Shown here piece by piece: positions 1 through 12,784 of a DNA stretch of 64,000 nucleotides (within the stretch, counting starts at the first letter, position 1; every line of letters starts with the position of its first letter). This DNA is from Callorhinchus milii (lineage: Eukaryota), in contig NW_024704743.1 in NCBI RefSeq assembly GCF_018977255.1, forward strand, positions 85,872,001-85,936,000, written 5' to 3'. Position numbers and translations under genes: made by a program. A model generated the notes under the pieces. That model saw nothing but the letters and a program-made list of their open reading frames with translations, made no database searches and had not been told where the DNA came from.

Positions 1-51
1 TGTGAAAAGCGCTATATCAAATGCGAGGATTATTATTATTATTATTATTAT
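1..51 (+). mobile_element. 3' tail of SINE (L2-type tail, (ATT)n)
   Basis: gtgaaaagcgctatatcaaatgc(g)aggattattatt matches the tail of the full SINE copies at 61029 and 55133. Confidence 0.85.
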
Positions 52-1565
52 TGTAAACTAATGATATTGTGATCACTGTTATCCAGATGCTCTCCTAGTG
101 AAACCTGCTCCACTTGCCCCACTTCATTTTCCAGAACTAAATCCAGCACTGCTTTCTTCCTCATTGAGCTGGAAACATGCTGATCCAGAAAGTTTTCCTG
201 CACACATTTCAGGAATTCCTTCCCTTTTACACTGTGTGTTTCCCAGTCTATGTTAAGATGATTGAAGTCCCCCATTATCACTACTCTATTGGTTTTGCAT
301 CTCTCCGAAATCTGCTTGCAGATTTGCTCATCTATCTCCTTCCCATTATTTGGAAGTCTATAGTAAATAACTAACAGAGTAACAGCTCTTTTTCTGCTCC
401 TTAACTCTAACCAAATATATTCAGTTTTTGGACTCTCTAACATCTCGTCCTTTTCCAGGACCATGACTGTGTCCCTAATGAGTATTGCCACCCCTCCTCC
501 ATTTTATCCTTCCCTATCCCTCCTGAATAGGTTGTAGCCAGGAATATTCAACTCCCATTCCTGTCCTTGCTTGGGCCAAGTCTCCATAATTGCCATATAT
601 CATAGCCCCATGTGGCAACTTGAGCCTGCAGCTCACCAAGCTTATTGGTCACGCCTCGTGCATTTACACACATGCACTCCAAGACTGGCTTAATCCGCTC
701 TACATTTCTCCTCTGTCTCTTTACACTTTTTGCTGGACTATACCTTGTTTCATTTTTATTTGTCTCTCCTCATCCACTATGTAACTCGCTTCCCCTCCCT
801 GATGATACATTCTGAACCCCATCCCCCCTCAAAATCAGTTTAAACACTTCCCCACAGCATTTGTTATCCTTGTTGCAATGATATTGGTCCCAGCCCTGCT
901 CAGGTGTAACCCAACCCTCATGTACATGTCCCTCTGCCCCAGAAGTGGTCCCAATGGTTTAGAAACCTGAAGCCCTCCTTCCTGCACCATTTCTCCAGAC
1001 AGGCATTCATGTGTTTGATCCTCCCGGTTTGGTATTCACTTGCTTAAGGCATTGGGAGTAATCCCGAGATCACCACCATTGAGGTTCTGCTCTTTCGTTT
1101 CTTCCCAAGCTTCTGATAATCTCCCTGTAGAGTCTCAGCCCTTTAATCACCAACATCATGGATCCCGACATGGACCACAACTTTCGGATTTTCCCCTTCT
1201 CCTTGAAGTATATTTTGCACCCGTTCCGTGACGTCATGCACCCTAGCCCCAGGGAGGCAGCATACCATGCACGAGTCCCGTCTTTTATGGCAGAAACATC
1301 TGTCTATCCCTTTAACTGTTGTATCCCCAATAACAACAGCATTGGCATTTTTCCCCTTGTCCCCCTGGACATCTATTACCTTTTGACTCTTCTCACCAGA
1401 GGTGTCCTCACCGGTATCCAGTACCGTGAACCGGTTTGTGAGTGCTACACTCTTAGGGGATTTCTGTACTGCCTGTTCTTTTTTTGCTCCATATCGGATG
1501 GTCATCCACTCACCCTTCTTCTGACCACCACCTGAATTCTCTGTGGCTGTGGGGTGACCACATCT
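52..1565 (-). mobile_element. CR1-clade LINE 5' fragment (ORF1 SGNH-esterase domain + ORF2 APE endonuclease), decayed
   Basis: ORF 1143-1505 has VVIGDTTVKG...CLPGARV...VVVHVG, typical of the CR1 ORF1 esterase. ORF 48-491 has VIMGDFN, LDLVL and SDHNII APE motifs. Frameshifts and stops are present. Confidence 0.88.
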
Positions 1566-1905
1566 GTTGGGATTCCTTGCTTCATTGAAATCCTATTGAA
1601 TTTTATCATTCATTGATGAAATATAATTCTCTATTCAAGCATAATATTTTCCACTGGCAATGTCTAGTTTCAGATCCATATTCCCAGTGCAATTATCTCA
1701 ACACCTCATTCCACATTCTCCTTACATTCCTTCACAGAAAATAAAAAATAATTTCCCGTTCTCTGCTTACACCTCGCTCCGACCTCCTTTGTGCGAGATC
1801 TCAGCATATGCTGCTTTCCACAGCACCTCCTCCCTGCTGTCTTGTGTCTGTTTTAGCCATTATTTTATATCAGTGATATTTATTGGAATTTAATATCTTC
1901 AATAG

Positions 1906-1920
1906 ACGTGCCAGCTTCCC
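1906..1920 (+). CDS. Possible 15-nt microexon of an unidentified plus-strand gene
   Basis: tttaatatcttcaatag|ACGTGCCAGCTTCCC|gtaagt in non-repetitive sequence. Splice signals only. Confidence 0.2.
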
Positions 1921-2287
1921 GTAAGTAACAAATTCATGTTGAAAGGTCATTTGGCAAACTATCACTGGCAGATGTTTTGGGGTGAAATTAAATTACTTTA
2001 TTTTATTTCACAGAGACCACATTTTGAACGTGTGCCTTTTCTGTTTTAACTGCAGCAATCTAAAACACGCAAGCAGTGTTTACCTCACTCTGTTGCTATT
2101 GAATCCATTTCTTTTGGTTTTTCTATGTTGCATAATTCAGTGGCGAGCCAATGGCACAGTGGATTAGTGTTTTGAGATTGCAACACAGATTCTTTAGGGC
2201 AGGGTATTCACACTCATTGTCCCTGCATGAGATTCTGAACACATTTGAATCATCTGGCAGTAGGATTGCACTTCACTTGAAGGAAAA

Positions 2288-3020
2288 GAACAACAATAAG
2301 ATTGCATTTATAGAGCGCCTTTCACGTCGGGAGGACGTCCCAAGGCGCTGGACAGTTGGGTCGGGACCCGAGCAGGGGGGAAATGGTCAGGGTGAGGGGA
2401 GGGGAGGGAGGGAGCGAGGAGGGGGTAGAGAGTCGAGAGGGGAGCTGAAGGCATGGTTGACGAGAAAGGTCTTGAGACCGGCCTTGAAGGAGTAAAGGGA
2501 GGAAGCAAGGCGAAGGCACTGGGGAATGGAGTTCCAGAGCCAAGGGGCTGAGAAGGCTGAAAGCCCGGCCACCGATGGTAGGGCGGTTGGGGCGGGGGAT
2601 GTGGAGCAGACCGGAGCCAGAGGAACGGGGGGTACAGGCAGGTAAGTAGGGGGATAGTAGGTCAGAGAGGTGGGAGGGAGCAAGGCCATGAATGGCCTTG
2701 TAGGTGAGTATGAGGATCTTGAATTCGCTCCGCTGGGGGATGGGGAGCCAGTGGAGGCGAGGGAGGGTGGGAGTGATGTGGTCACGAAGCCTGGTGCGGG
2801 ACAGTACACGAGCTGCAGAGTTCTGAATGACCTGCAGCTTGTGGAGGGAGGTGTCGGGAAGGCCGATGAGGAGAGAGTTCCCTTAGTCCAGCCTTGAGGT
2901 GATAAAAGCATGGACCAGTGTTTCAGCAGCGTGAGGGGTGAGGTAGTGCCGTAGTCTGGCGATGTTCCAGAGGTGGTGGAAGGTGGTGCCAGTTGTGGCG
3001 CGGATGTTGGGAAGAAGAAA
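2288..3020 (-). mobile_element. L2 LINE 3' fragment, young subfamily A
   Basis: Near-identical to the 3' part of 29161-30585 (RT C-terminus and 3' UTR), with the 3' stem-loop and a short (TTG)-type tail. Confidence 0.93.
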
Positions 3021-3043
3021 GTGAAAAATTGAAGAACGAAAGA

Positions 3044-3333
3044 AACAACAACAACAACGACTTGCACTTGTATAGCGCCATCCACACAGGGTACCGTCTC
3101 AGAGCGCTTAACAGTGGTGGAGCCTGACTCTGAACTGGGGTGAGGAGGGGAGGTGGCCGTAAGCATAGTCAAACAGGAAAGTCCAGGCGGGACTTGAAAG
3201 AGGGGAGAGAGGGAGCAAGGCGGAGGGATTGAGGGAGAGTGTTCCAGTGTCTTGGGGCAGAGTGGCTGAAAGCATGACCTCTGATGATGGGGTAGAAGGT
3301 GTGAGGGACAAGCAGGAGGCTGGTGCCAGTCAA
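3044..3333 (-). mobile_element. L2 LINE 3' fragment, subfamily B
   Basis: Encodes GHAFSHSAPRHWNTLP; similar to 27402-27700; (AAC)n tail on the + strand. Confidence 0.88.
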
Positions 3334-3344
3334 GTGTATGTCAG

Positions 3345-3412
3345 CCGACCAGCCGGCTGGCCTGCCTGCCTGCCTGCCTGCCTGTCTGCCTGTCTGTCTG
3401 CCTGTCTGTCTG
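3345..3412. repeat. (CCTG)n/(TCTG)n microsatellite
   Basis: Visible tetranucleotide array. Confidence 0.9.
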
Positions 3413-3654
3413 AGGTAATTGAAGGCCCTAACATTGGGAATGCATTTGTGGAATGTTGGAATTAGATTCTTAATAAAGAAGCCTGTTGGGATTCCCACTG
3501 ACAACAGGATCTCCAATTTCAAATGGAGATAGCTCTTGTGGGTAGGAATGGTGGTGTGGTATAAAGATAATATTACTGGACTAATGTTCCAAGGTGATGG
3601 GAACTAGATCAAAATCAAAAAAACAATAAATTGTAGGAGCATTGGGGGGTGGGG

Positions 3655-3752
3655 GAAGGCTGGCAAATGGGACTGAATGGATTGCTCTTTCAAAGAGCCA
3701 GCACAAATACCATGGGCCAACTGACTTTCTTCTGTGCCATAAACGTCTATGG
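3655..3752 (+). mobile_element. CR1-type 3' tail fragment
   Basis: gctctttcaaagagccagcaca...ttctgtgcc matches the tails at 50975 and 61670. Confidence 0.65.
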
Positions 3753-5994
3753 TTCGACAGCACTCTAAACTCCAAGACACTTGGTCAGGGCACCTAGGGA
3801 TGGGCAATAGATACCAGCCCTGCCAGGGTCGCCCATATCCCGAGATGAGTAGGAAGAAAGGGTCATACTTCTGCTTTCTAGAAACAGTTCCAATTTACAC
3901 AGATTATTAAGGAACCCCATCAAGAAGTACCAAAGATTAATACCTATTTATTCACTGGAAAAGGGATGCCTTCAATGGTCGTATTGGATTTGTAGTTTGC
4001 TGCACTGCTTTGTCATTTATTGTGGTCAGCAAAAGTGGTGACAGTGGAGTATTGTTGAGTGGAGTATCGTATGCAAGTATTAATTCCTTCATGATAAAGT
4101 TGAAACTAGATGCTTTCTAACCAATGCTTTGGGAATTAAGCGTTTATTAACTTAGACTACAAGAATGTACAGGTCAAGAAAGTAATTTTAGAGTAAATCT
4201 GGAGCGTCTAAAAGGTTGAAAAAACATATAATATCCAAATGCTCAAACCACTCAATCACTCAAATAATAGCTTACTCTTGGACATGCCAGCACTGCCTGA
4301 CCATCACTGTCTCCCTAGGCAGTCCATCCCTTTATTCACAACCATCTGCATAAAGTAGTTGAATCTAAATTCTCACTTTAACTTCCCCTTCCTGAAACTG
4401 AGCCTGGCCGCCCTCCTCCCTCATTGCAGAATCATAAAGTTTGTTGTATGTCGAACATACAGTGTTCAATCATTTCTACTATTGTTGAGTCTCTTCTATC
4501 AACTCAGGCAGAGTACATTAAGGTCTGGGGCCTAAGATTTCACATAGTTTTAGCTTAAATGATCATTTTGTCACAAAATTAAGATTGTGCAGATTCAAAA
4601 AATTCTGACTTAGCTTGGAAGATGGTTTTCCACATTATTTTTAAGAGATTGATTTCCATATTAAGACTAGATTTAAGGATGTTCCACAATTCTGCACTTA
4701 AATTATAAAACAAATTGGTATCACAGACTATAGCAAGGTGGATTTTATTGACTCCAGCTCTTCTCACACTCTTTAGTTGTGAAGAATTTCTTCCTGTTAC
4801 TCCAGGATTTTATTATCCTTGTAGGTCAGATGTGTGCTGGTTATGTTAAATGCAGCAATATAACTTGAGAGCAGTGTGATCCAACATCTGTGTTTAACAT
4901 TTTATGGCTTAAAAAATGTCCATTTTCAGTAATTTGACCATTTTTTCTGTTACCTGAAAGTATTCACGAAAACACTTGTTGGCAAATGTAAGCATCACTT
5001 GATCTCCAAAAGTCAGCTCTTTGTTGATTTCATGATAATAATATCACGTGTACAGTTTGGCTGTGTGACAGAATTAACTGGCACAGTGTCAAGCAGGAAA
5101 CAGCTGCCTTGGACTGACGTTCCATCCATTGATCAAACAATCCAAACTTCATCTGGGATTAGCCCGACTTTATCATGCGCTGTCATGACAGTTACATTTT
5201 GGCTCAATATTTCTTGTCTAATGGAAGATGTGATGCAGTATTGATTGAAAAGCAGAAATGCCGTGACTGGTAGAAAACATCAACTGAAACAAAATGACAA
5301 GGTTCTCTGAGTGAAATCTCAATATAAAAATATCCTGTGATCAGATCATCCGCAGAAGCACAGATCTGAACTTTAGGATGTTAAACACAGATATTAGAGC
5401 ACAAAGATTTCATGTGATACAACTGCACTGTAATTTATCTTATGGACCACAGTTACACAGGTCTGAAGCAGACTTTAGCATGGCAATGGGTTTCTGCATG
5501 CGTCAAACACACAGCCAACCTAAAACAAATAGACTTTAGATCAATTTCAAATGGAATGATTCTCGGATAGGCTATGAGCTACTGTGAGATAATCGAATGT
5601 TGAATCTCCACTAACACTAAGGATGGAGTCACATGTAGTGTGAAAATCTCTGAATAAGCCAAATGATCCTTCAGACTCGTGTTTACCATCCTGCTATGTG
5701 CCTTGGATTGTTTTGCTGTGTTTGGAAAGAAAAAAGTTGGAGTAAATGTATTTTTCCAATTGACTTTCTTTGTTGTGTGACCTAACAAAACAATGGATGT
5801 GTGATACCAGTGATAGTATGAATGAAGTGGTGATTCCACTTAGCAACATGTTGGCCTAATAAAGACAAAAACATTCCTGATATTTGCCAAAGAAACATTC
5901 CGTACTTAACTGCGGAGATTCAGTTTCTTGCTTTGACTTTTGACTGCTCTCCTCTAAACCAATTTGATCTCACTCCAGCACCACCCTTGATATA

Positions 5995-6199
5995 AATAAT
6001 CCCTCCAAAAACAAAACAATAATAAATTGGTAATTTTCAATCCACGACTGTTTGTGGGACACTGCTGTGCGCAATTGGCTGCTGCGTTTCGCCCACAAAT
6101 ATACTGTCAATTCACTTTACAGTCTATTCTGTGAAGCGCTTTGAGACGTCGAAAAGACATGAAAAGCGCTATATCAACTGCAAGGATTATTATTATTAT
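5995..6199 (+). mobile_element. tRNA-Ala-headed SINE, 5'-truncated
   Basis: Body and tail match the copies at 48658 and 61029. Confidence 0.9.
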
Positions 6200-6254
6200 A
6201 TCTCAGCACTGGCCACAAATCCCTCCATTTCACCAATCAGAGGAATGTGACTGA

Positions 6255-6425
6255 TAGAACACAATTCACATTCATATAGTGCCATTCACATTTGGAGGAC
6301 ATCTCAAAGCACTTCAGAGTGCTGGATGGGCACCCAAGCTGAGGATGGTAGCTGAGGGGAGTGGGGAGGTGAAAGATGGCTGAAACCATGGTCAAAGTGG
6401 TACGTTTCGAGATGGTTTGAAATAG
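6255..6425 (-). mobile_element. Old L2 3' tail
   Basis: Degenerate stem-loop (atagtgccattcacatttggaggacatctcaaagcact) plus a G-rich UTR. Confidence 0.6.
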
Positions 6426-6674
6426 ACATCTCTGTAGGTTAATCCATATCTTCACTTAATGGTATTCTTTGAAACATTGTTTGCCAGTTTAAAAGATCAG
6501 GAATTTTGAATCTACCATCATGAAATGAAAAACCTTGAGCTAGTAGCAACGCAGAGCTGCTTTTGTTGTGCACTTCGAAAGCTGCTTTCTTTTAAAAGCA
6601 GCTTTTACATATTGTCAAGTGCAATATCTCTAGCATTAACCTAGACTGTTAGATTAATCTAGACTGCAGCCTGC

Positions 6675-6945
6675 TCTACGTCCCCCACCAGGCCCACCAT
6701 TAGCGGTCAGGCCTTCAGCCTCTTTGCCCCATTCTTTGGAACTCCATCCCAGATTCCCTTTGCCTTGCTCCCTCCCTTGCCTCCTTCAAGGCACATCTCA
6801 AGACACTTTGCTACCCTTCTACCCTCCCTGCCTTCCACCATCCCTGATCCCAAACCCCCGCTTGGGTCCAAATCCCTGACTGTCCAGTGCCTTGGGATGT
6901 CCTCCCAACGTGAAAGGCACTATACAAATGTAATTTTGTATTTTT
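6675..6945 (+). mobile_element. L2 3' fragment
   Basis: gccttcagcc...tggaactccatcc...gccttgggatgtcctcccaacgtgaaaggcactatacaaatg. Confidence 0.8.
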
Positions 6946-8033
6946 GTATCTACTCAAAAAGAACAAGAACTATTCTTGGGTTAGGTCTGGGATTCAGTTA
7001 AAACAGAACAAAAGTCAGAATGTGTATATTATCATCATTTCTTTCTGCTTTGGGCTATTTTTCTTCCACAACCTCGTTAATTGTTAGCACATCTCCAGAA
7101 ACTAGAAATCTCTATTGTAGGATCAGTATTTTTTGGCTGCTAGTATGTTCATTTCTGACTTGGAAATATCCTCAGCTTGTACGCTCTGTATTTTTATCTG
7201 AAATTTGGTAAGGCTGAGACCAGAATGTCCAAAAATAAAAATACAAATTAACCAATTTGATGGCACGATTGCTCACTCGCTTGGGAGACGATTTTAGTGA
7301 ACAGTAATAAGATGAGGGACATGGTCTGGGCAATGGTGAAATGGCCTTCCATTGAAATAAAATTCTTTCTTTTTTGAGAGGAACACTGAGACAGTGTGTA
7401 GAACCATGGGACAGGAGGATAATGTCCAAAATGTGATGCTGCTTTTGTACTGCAGTCCAACTGGGAAAGCCCTGTTAAGTTCTGGTTACCCCTGCTTGAA
7501 GGGCACTATTTTAATGCAAGATGTTGTGAATGTTATTCCTGGGCCTTACTTGGAGGAGCTAGTCTCAGTACAGTGTGATTCACACAGAAGAAACAAAGTG
7601 TAAATCACACAGGGCTTGCTCCCTTGTACTCTGCTGAAGATTTCACCACACCTTTTTTTTAAATAAGCTTCAAGAGCCAATTGTACAGGAAGTATAAATA
7701 GAGCTTTTTACTCCAAACTGCTATACTCTTAGTAGCAAAGCTCCTTCACAATTAGTGTAATAGAATTCAAGAGGCATTCATATGAGGGAGAGAGGAATAG
7801 AAGGGTATGGGAGGGAATATGGAGTGGGTGGAAACTTGCATGGTGTATAAAGATGGACTGGTTGGACTGAGTGGCCTGTTTCTGTGATTTTCATTTTTGT
7901 AAACTTTGTAATTTTCTTGTGCAACTCAAGAAAATTATAATAATAACAAATAATAATAAGCCCCTCATTGGCCAGTTGAGTGGGAAGCCCAATTCCCAAA
8001 CCGCTACCACTGATGTTCTAAGACCAGGATTTA

Positions 8034-8175
8034 ACAACAAAAATAACAACTTGGATTTATATAGCGCCCTCCACGCTGGACAGCGTCTCAGAGCGCATCA
8101 CACTAACGGATCCCGGGGCTGAGCCAGGGGGAGTGGGCAGAAGGTGACCAAAGGCACAGTCGAAAAGAAAGGTTA
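8034..8175 (-). mobile_element. L2 3' tail, subfamily B-like
   Basis: (AAC) tail plus the stem-loop gcgctctgagacgctgtccagcgtggagggcgct (reverse strand). Confidence 0.85.
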
Positions 8176-10614
8176 GCCCAAGAGAGTGGCTTAGAGTGAT
8201 TCCTCTCCTGAAGGACGAGGAGGTGCCTCTGCCTGAGAGCATGAGTGAGGTCGGAAATGGTCCATACCTGGAGGAGCTAGTCTCAACTCACTGGGCACAG
8301 TATGTCTGGTGTTTGGAGTCACGTGACTGGAGCAAGATGGTGACCATCTCTCATCTCGCAGTATCTCCTATTGGTCTCTGCTAATTTACTCAATCTATAA
8401 TTTACCAGAAAACCATCTGTGACCGAAATAGGGAAAACATGAATCTTCTGGTGTTAGTCTTTATTTTTTTCTGCCAGGTAACTGTCAGCAAAATATGTTG
8501 CTAAATTGTTGGAATGAAAACAATATAACTTGTATTTGGTTTTATTGAAGATAAACTGAAGCTGTCCAACTTTATTAATTTGTATAATGTGAACATGCCA
8601 GCTCCATTCTTTACATTTGTGGCTCCATATTACACAATCCAAAAAGTTGTAGACCCTTTGATTTGCTTATGCATTGGAAGTCTTGCGAAATGGCCAGTGT
8701 AGTAGTAGATTAAGATGGTGGCCATTATTTAACAATGACAAATTTAGATTGTTACTTGTTTGTCCAAGGTTATACTTGACTTTTGATCTCTAGACCTATC
8801 TGATCCACATATAACCTTCTCTGTTCTATGTTCCTCACGCCTCAGCCAAAAATGCATTCTCGATTTTATTGTATAACCAGAACCATAATCCAATTGAATT
8901 TTGAGCTTGAATGTCCTTTTTGTGAATACCTGAGTTTTTGCCATCTTTTCTTCTGAGTGGGCTTAAGATAAAGCTGCTGTCAAATCTAATATTTGTACAC
9001 TGAAACCTTTACGTTATTATAAGTGCTATCCAACCCAACTAACCTCTTCTTTTTCATCATTTCTGAGATTCGCTGATACACTTTTTCAACACCTTCACAC
9101 ATGGGAAATCAAAATGATAACTGCGTTATGACTGAATACTATGTAAATATAGATTTTCTATCCAGCAAGCATTAAAAGATAAGAGATACATTCAACTGAG
9201 CTTTGAATTTTTGACTTAAAAACTATAGCCATAATAATAGAAACGGTGCTTGAGTTACTCAGCTCCACACTGAAGGCCATTGCTCACACCCTACCTCCAA
9301 ACATCGAAACCCAATTCACATGTCAAGTCTGCAGACACCACCTCAGTGTCAAGCACCTCACAGGAGCAAAAGGTAGAGGCTGGGCCATCATGTAGTGAAG
9401 AATTTCAACAGTGGGGCTGCGGAGTGGGGGAGTGGTGGTGGAAGTGGGGGAACAGAGGCAGGAACTCAACATAAAAAGAGAAACTGTCTACTACTGGAGT
9501 GGAGCTGGCCGTCTCGCCACCACATGAGGATGTTAAGGCTGAGGAGGTGAGTAGAACGTAGAACACACAATAACTACCCCATTGAACATCTGACTAGTGT
9601 GGGTTGTGGAGTTATTGCAATGAACAGGTAACAGCAGACAGCATGGACAAATTTGGCTTGCAATCCAATGCAGCTATAGCACAACGTCAACATGTCGTTG
9701 AGAGTATGGTAGACAATATGGGAAGTGTCATTTGGAAGTCAAGAGATGCCATTACTGTAAATCTGCCATTACAACTAAATACAACATTGCAAGGCTATGG
9801 AATATTGCATTGTGTTGCCTTTTTGCCTCTGCCCCCTCCTGTTGAGGAGGACCACAAAGAGGGGTACCTGCCAAAAAGATAGCTTCAGAAGTACCTTTTC
9901 GGGTGTGTCATGAATCTATGTTACTGAGGAGACCATAAGTCTTTAAAGAGTCTATTCAAGTGAAACTTACAAATGACTGATTTTGTGCCAGAGCTTTCGC
10001 TTATACCAATTTAGAAATATATTTTTACAAATAATTTAGTCAGGGCATAATATAAAAAACGTGAGATGTACACAAATATTATTTTCTCGCTGTAAACTAA
10101 TATATATGTTGATATTCTCTCTTCCTCATATTTGTGCCATTTAAAATGTCTAATAGTGAAACTCCAGCCTTACAAAATTTACAGAATTGTCAGTGAGTAA
10201 ATATACCCTTTTGTGGAAGTGAGTTATATGGATCACAAAAACCTGAAAATAAATACAGAACTAAATTTGTGGCTCTAAATTCAGTCCAATTTTCTGTCAA
10301 CAAAAGTTATCGATTTTACGGGGGAAATGTAAGACATTTTGCATTAATATGTAAGACATATTTCAATAAAACACACACCAAATTTTATAGGCTTTTTTTA
10401 TTTGCGTAAATATTTCCACATTATTAAAATCCTGAATTGATCTTCATTAATGGGCTGTGTTCAGACCAGTATTATTTTTCTATTTAAATTCCATCTTTCC
10501 TGAAGCTTTTAACACCGATGTTAAAATACAACTAGCTGGTTTTGATGTTAATAAGTTATAGATTGCTGTTCAAGGAACCATCATGACGGATTGGGCAACA
10601 TTCTTACATTTCAG

Positions 10615-10664
10615 CTCTTGCTGCTTTCAGACATAGATATCTGTTCAGTAGTGCCAGCAGCTAG
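10615..10664 (+). CDS. Possible terminal coding exon of an unidentified plus-strand gene
   Basis: ttcttacatttcag acceptor, then (x)LAAFRHRYLFSSASS* in phase 1, followed by AT-rich UTR-like unique sequence. A second acceptor at 10630 gives IDICSVVPAASSSSSYQRFTFNSAQRTLFTESRP*. No protein recognised. Confidence 0.2.
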
Positions 10665-11777
10665 TAGCAGCTCCTCTTATCAGAGATTTACTTTCAACTC
10701 AGCACAGAGGACGCTCTTTACTGAGTCCCGGCCTTGAGAACCATTTTCGCAGTCACTGCACAAGATTTAAAACGTGTCCAGCATACCAGTCCACAATTTG
10801 CTAGACATTCCAGAGGGGGTCTATGCTTTGCTTTGTTCAAACCACCAACTTTGGAAAGTGGCCGTCTTGAAGATGAGCTGGAGCTTTGAGAAAGCGTCTG
10901 CGTGTCTCTGTCCAGAAAAAAACAGAGCAGAGACTGTGTTTCAACCACAAAGTAGCTGAACAAGAAAAAGCTGATCCCTCAGATGTTCAGATGTGATAAA
11001 ACACCTTCAAGGAGATTCTGCAGATTCACAGTATATTTATATGTATACTATCTGTGGTTGTTGCCATTGAGAGTGTTGTTGTAAGGCAACCATTATTTTT
11101 ATTCTTGCTATATGTGTGGGCATCTATGGGGCTTGTTTATATCTCTGTGTATTTGTATAACATGGACTCATTTGGGTAAGCTTTGTAAGTGGCACAGATA
11201 TGGGGGAAAAGGGGGAAAGGGGAGCACAATAATATTAATGCAATTTTTTACTTTTATTTAGCCAACAATGTACTGTGTACTTTTCAGCATTCGTTCATGT
11301 TTAATGCTCTTTCGTTTGCTGAAAAAACTTTGATAAATACTTTATTGATATTTAGGCATGCATGTTTTATCTATCTGTTAATAATTGTCCTTGTATATTT
11401 TTCATTCATTTTCACACATTTGCTGAAACTATGTCTTTAAAAACTTCTTTGAGACATCTTGAAGACGTGATGAGGCATTATATCAAATGCAAAGATTATT
11501 ATTAATTCCCATTTGCTGGCATTCTGTAGAGAAGATGTAGGGAATTTTGTAGGGAATATTGGAGCACTATTAAGCCAGTATTAAAAAAATCATGAACTAG
11601 CGATAACTCTTTCAATGTTTCATTCCCAAATTTTCAAGCCACAAGTGTTAATTAGAGAATGGAATTGAAGCAACCTCATGGAGATCAGACATATTGTATC
11701 TGCTTTCATTCTCAGCCATCTCACAATCAGTTTGTGGCTTTCACAATGAAACGTAAACTAAAAGAGAAGTAAAGTTT

Positions 11778-12480
11778 AATAATGAATAATCCTTGCACTT
11801 AATATAGCACCTTATCATGTCACAAATATGTCTCACAACACGTCACAGGATTTACCCCTCCTACCTCTCCAACCTGCTAAACCCCTAGGAACCTGTCAAC
11901 TCCGTTTTCTCAGTAGGCTGTGGCCCGCTCCACATACCCTGTCCGGTCCATCCCACCGTTTGAGGTCAGGCCTTCAGCTTCTCTGCCCCCACCCTCTGGA
12001 ACTCCATCCCACATTCCTTTTGCTTTACACCCTTGCCTCCTTCAAGGCACACCTCAAAACCTTCTTCTTCAACCATGCCTTCGGCCACCCTCCTACCCTC
12101 TCTGCCCTCCCCTCCACCCTCCCTGATCCCAACTGCACCGCCCTCACTCAACCCGCTTGGGCCCTAATCCCTCAATGTCCAGCGCCTTGGGATGTCCTCC
12201 CGACGTGAAAGGCGCTTTGCAAATGTAATTTTGTATGCATTGCAGTGTCAGTGTATTTGTAGACCAACACAACAGTCAATTTGCACACAGCATTGTTCTA
12301 CAAACAACCATGAGGTGAATGATCAATTTTATCTCACGGATTGTTGGCTTTTAGCATCCACCTGAACAAGCGAGGGAGCATTTCAGTTTAAAGCCTCAAG
12401 CAAAGGACAACACCTCCAACAATGCAGGACAGCCCTAGGAGGGTCAGGCTGCACAATGAGCCTAATATTCTGACATGTGT
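11778..12480 (-). mobile_element. Deu-domain SINE interrupted by a plus-strand L2 fragment (about 11850-12235)
   Basis: SINE tail at 11778-11845 and SINE body resuming at about 12240; the internal segment has the L2 UTR and stem-loop agcgccttgggatgtcctcccgacgtgaaaggcgct. Confidence 0.7.
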
Positions 12481-12784
12481 CTTAAAACATGTTTTCTGTT
12501 TCATCTCTCCTGGCTTTGCTCAAAACACTATTCTGTATCCATCTTATTTATTCCTTCCATCATTTTAAATAATTGGTTTGTATCTTTTTTTCCCACTAAG
12601 GGTAGATTTCACAATGAACCATAAATTAAAAGAGAAGGAAAGTTTAAATAATAATAATCAATAATCCTTGCACTTAATCTAGCACCTTACCATGTCTCAG
12701 AAATGTCTTAAAACACCTTTAATTAAAAATACCCTTAGTTACAGGAAAAAAAACCCTAGTTTCTCTTCATAACCCAGATGATAA

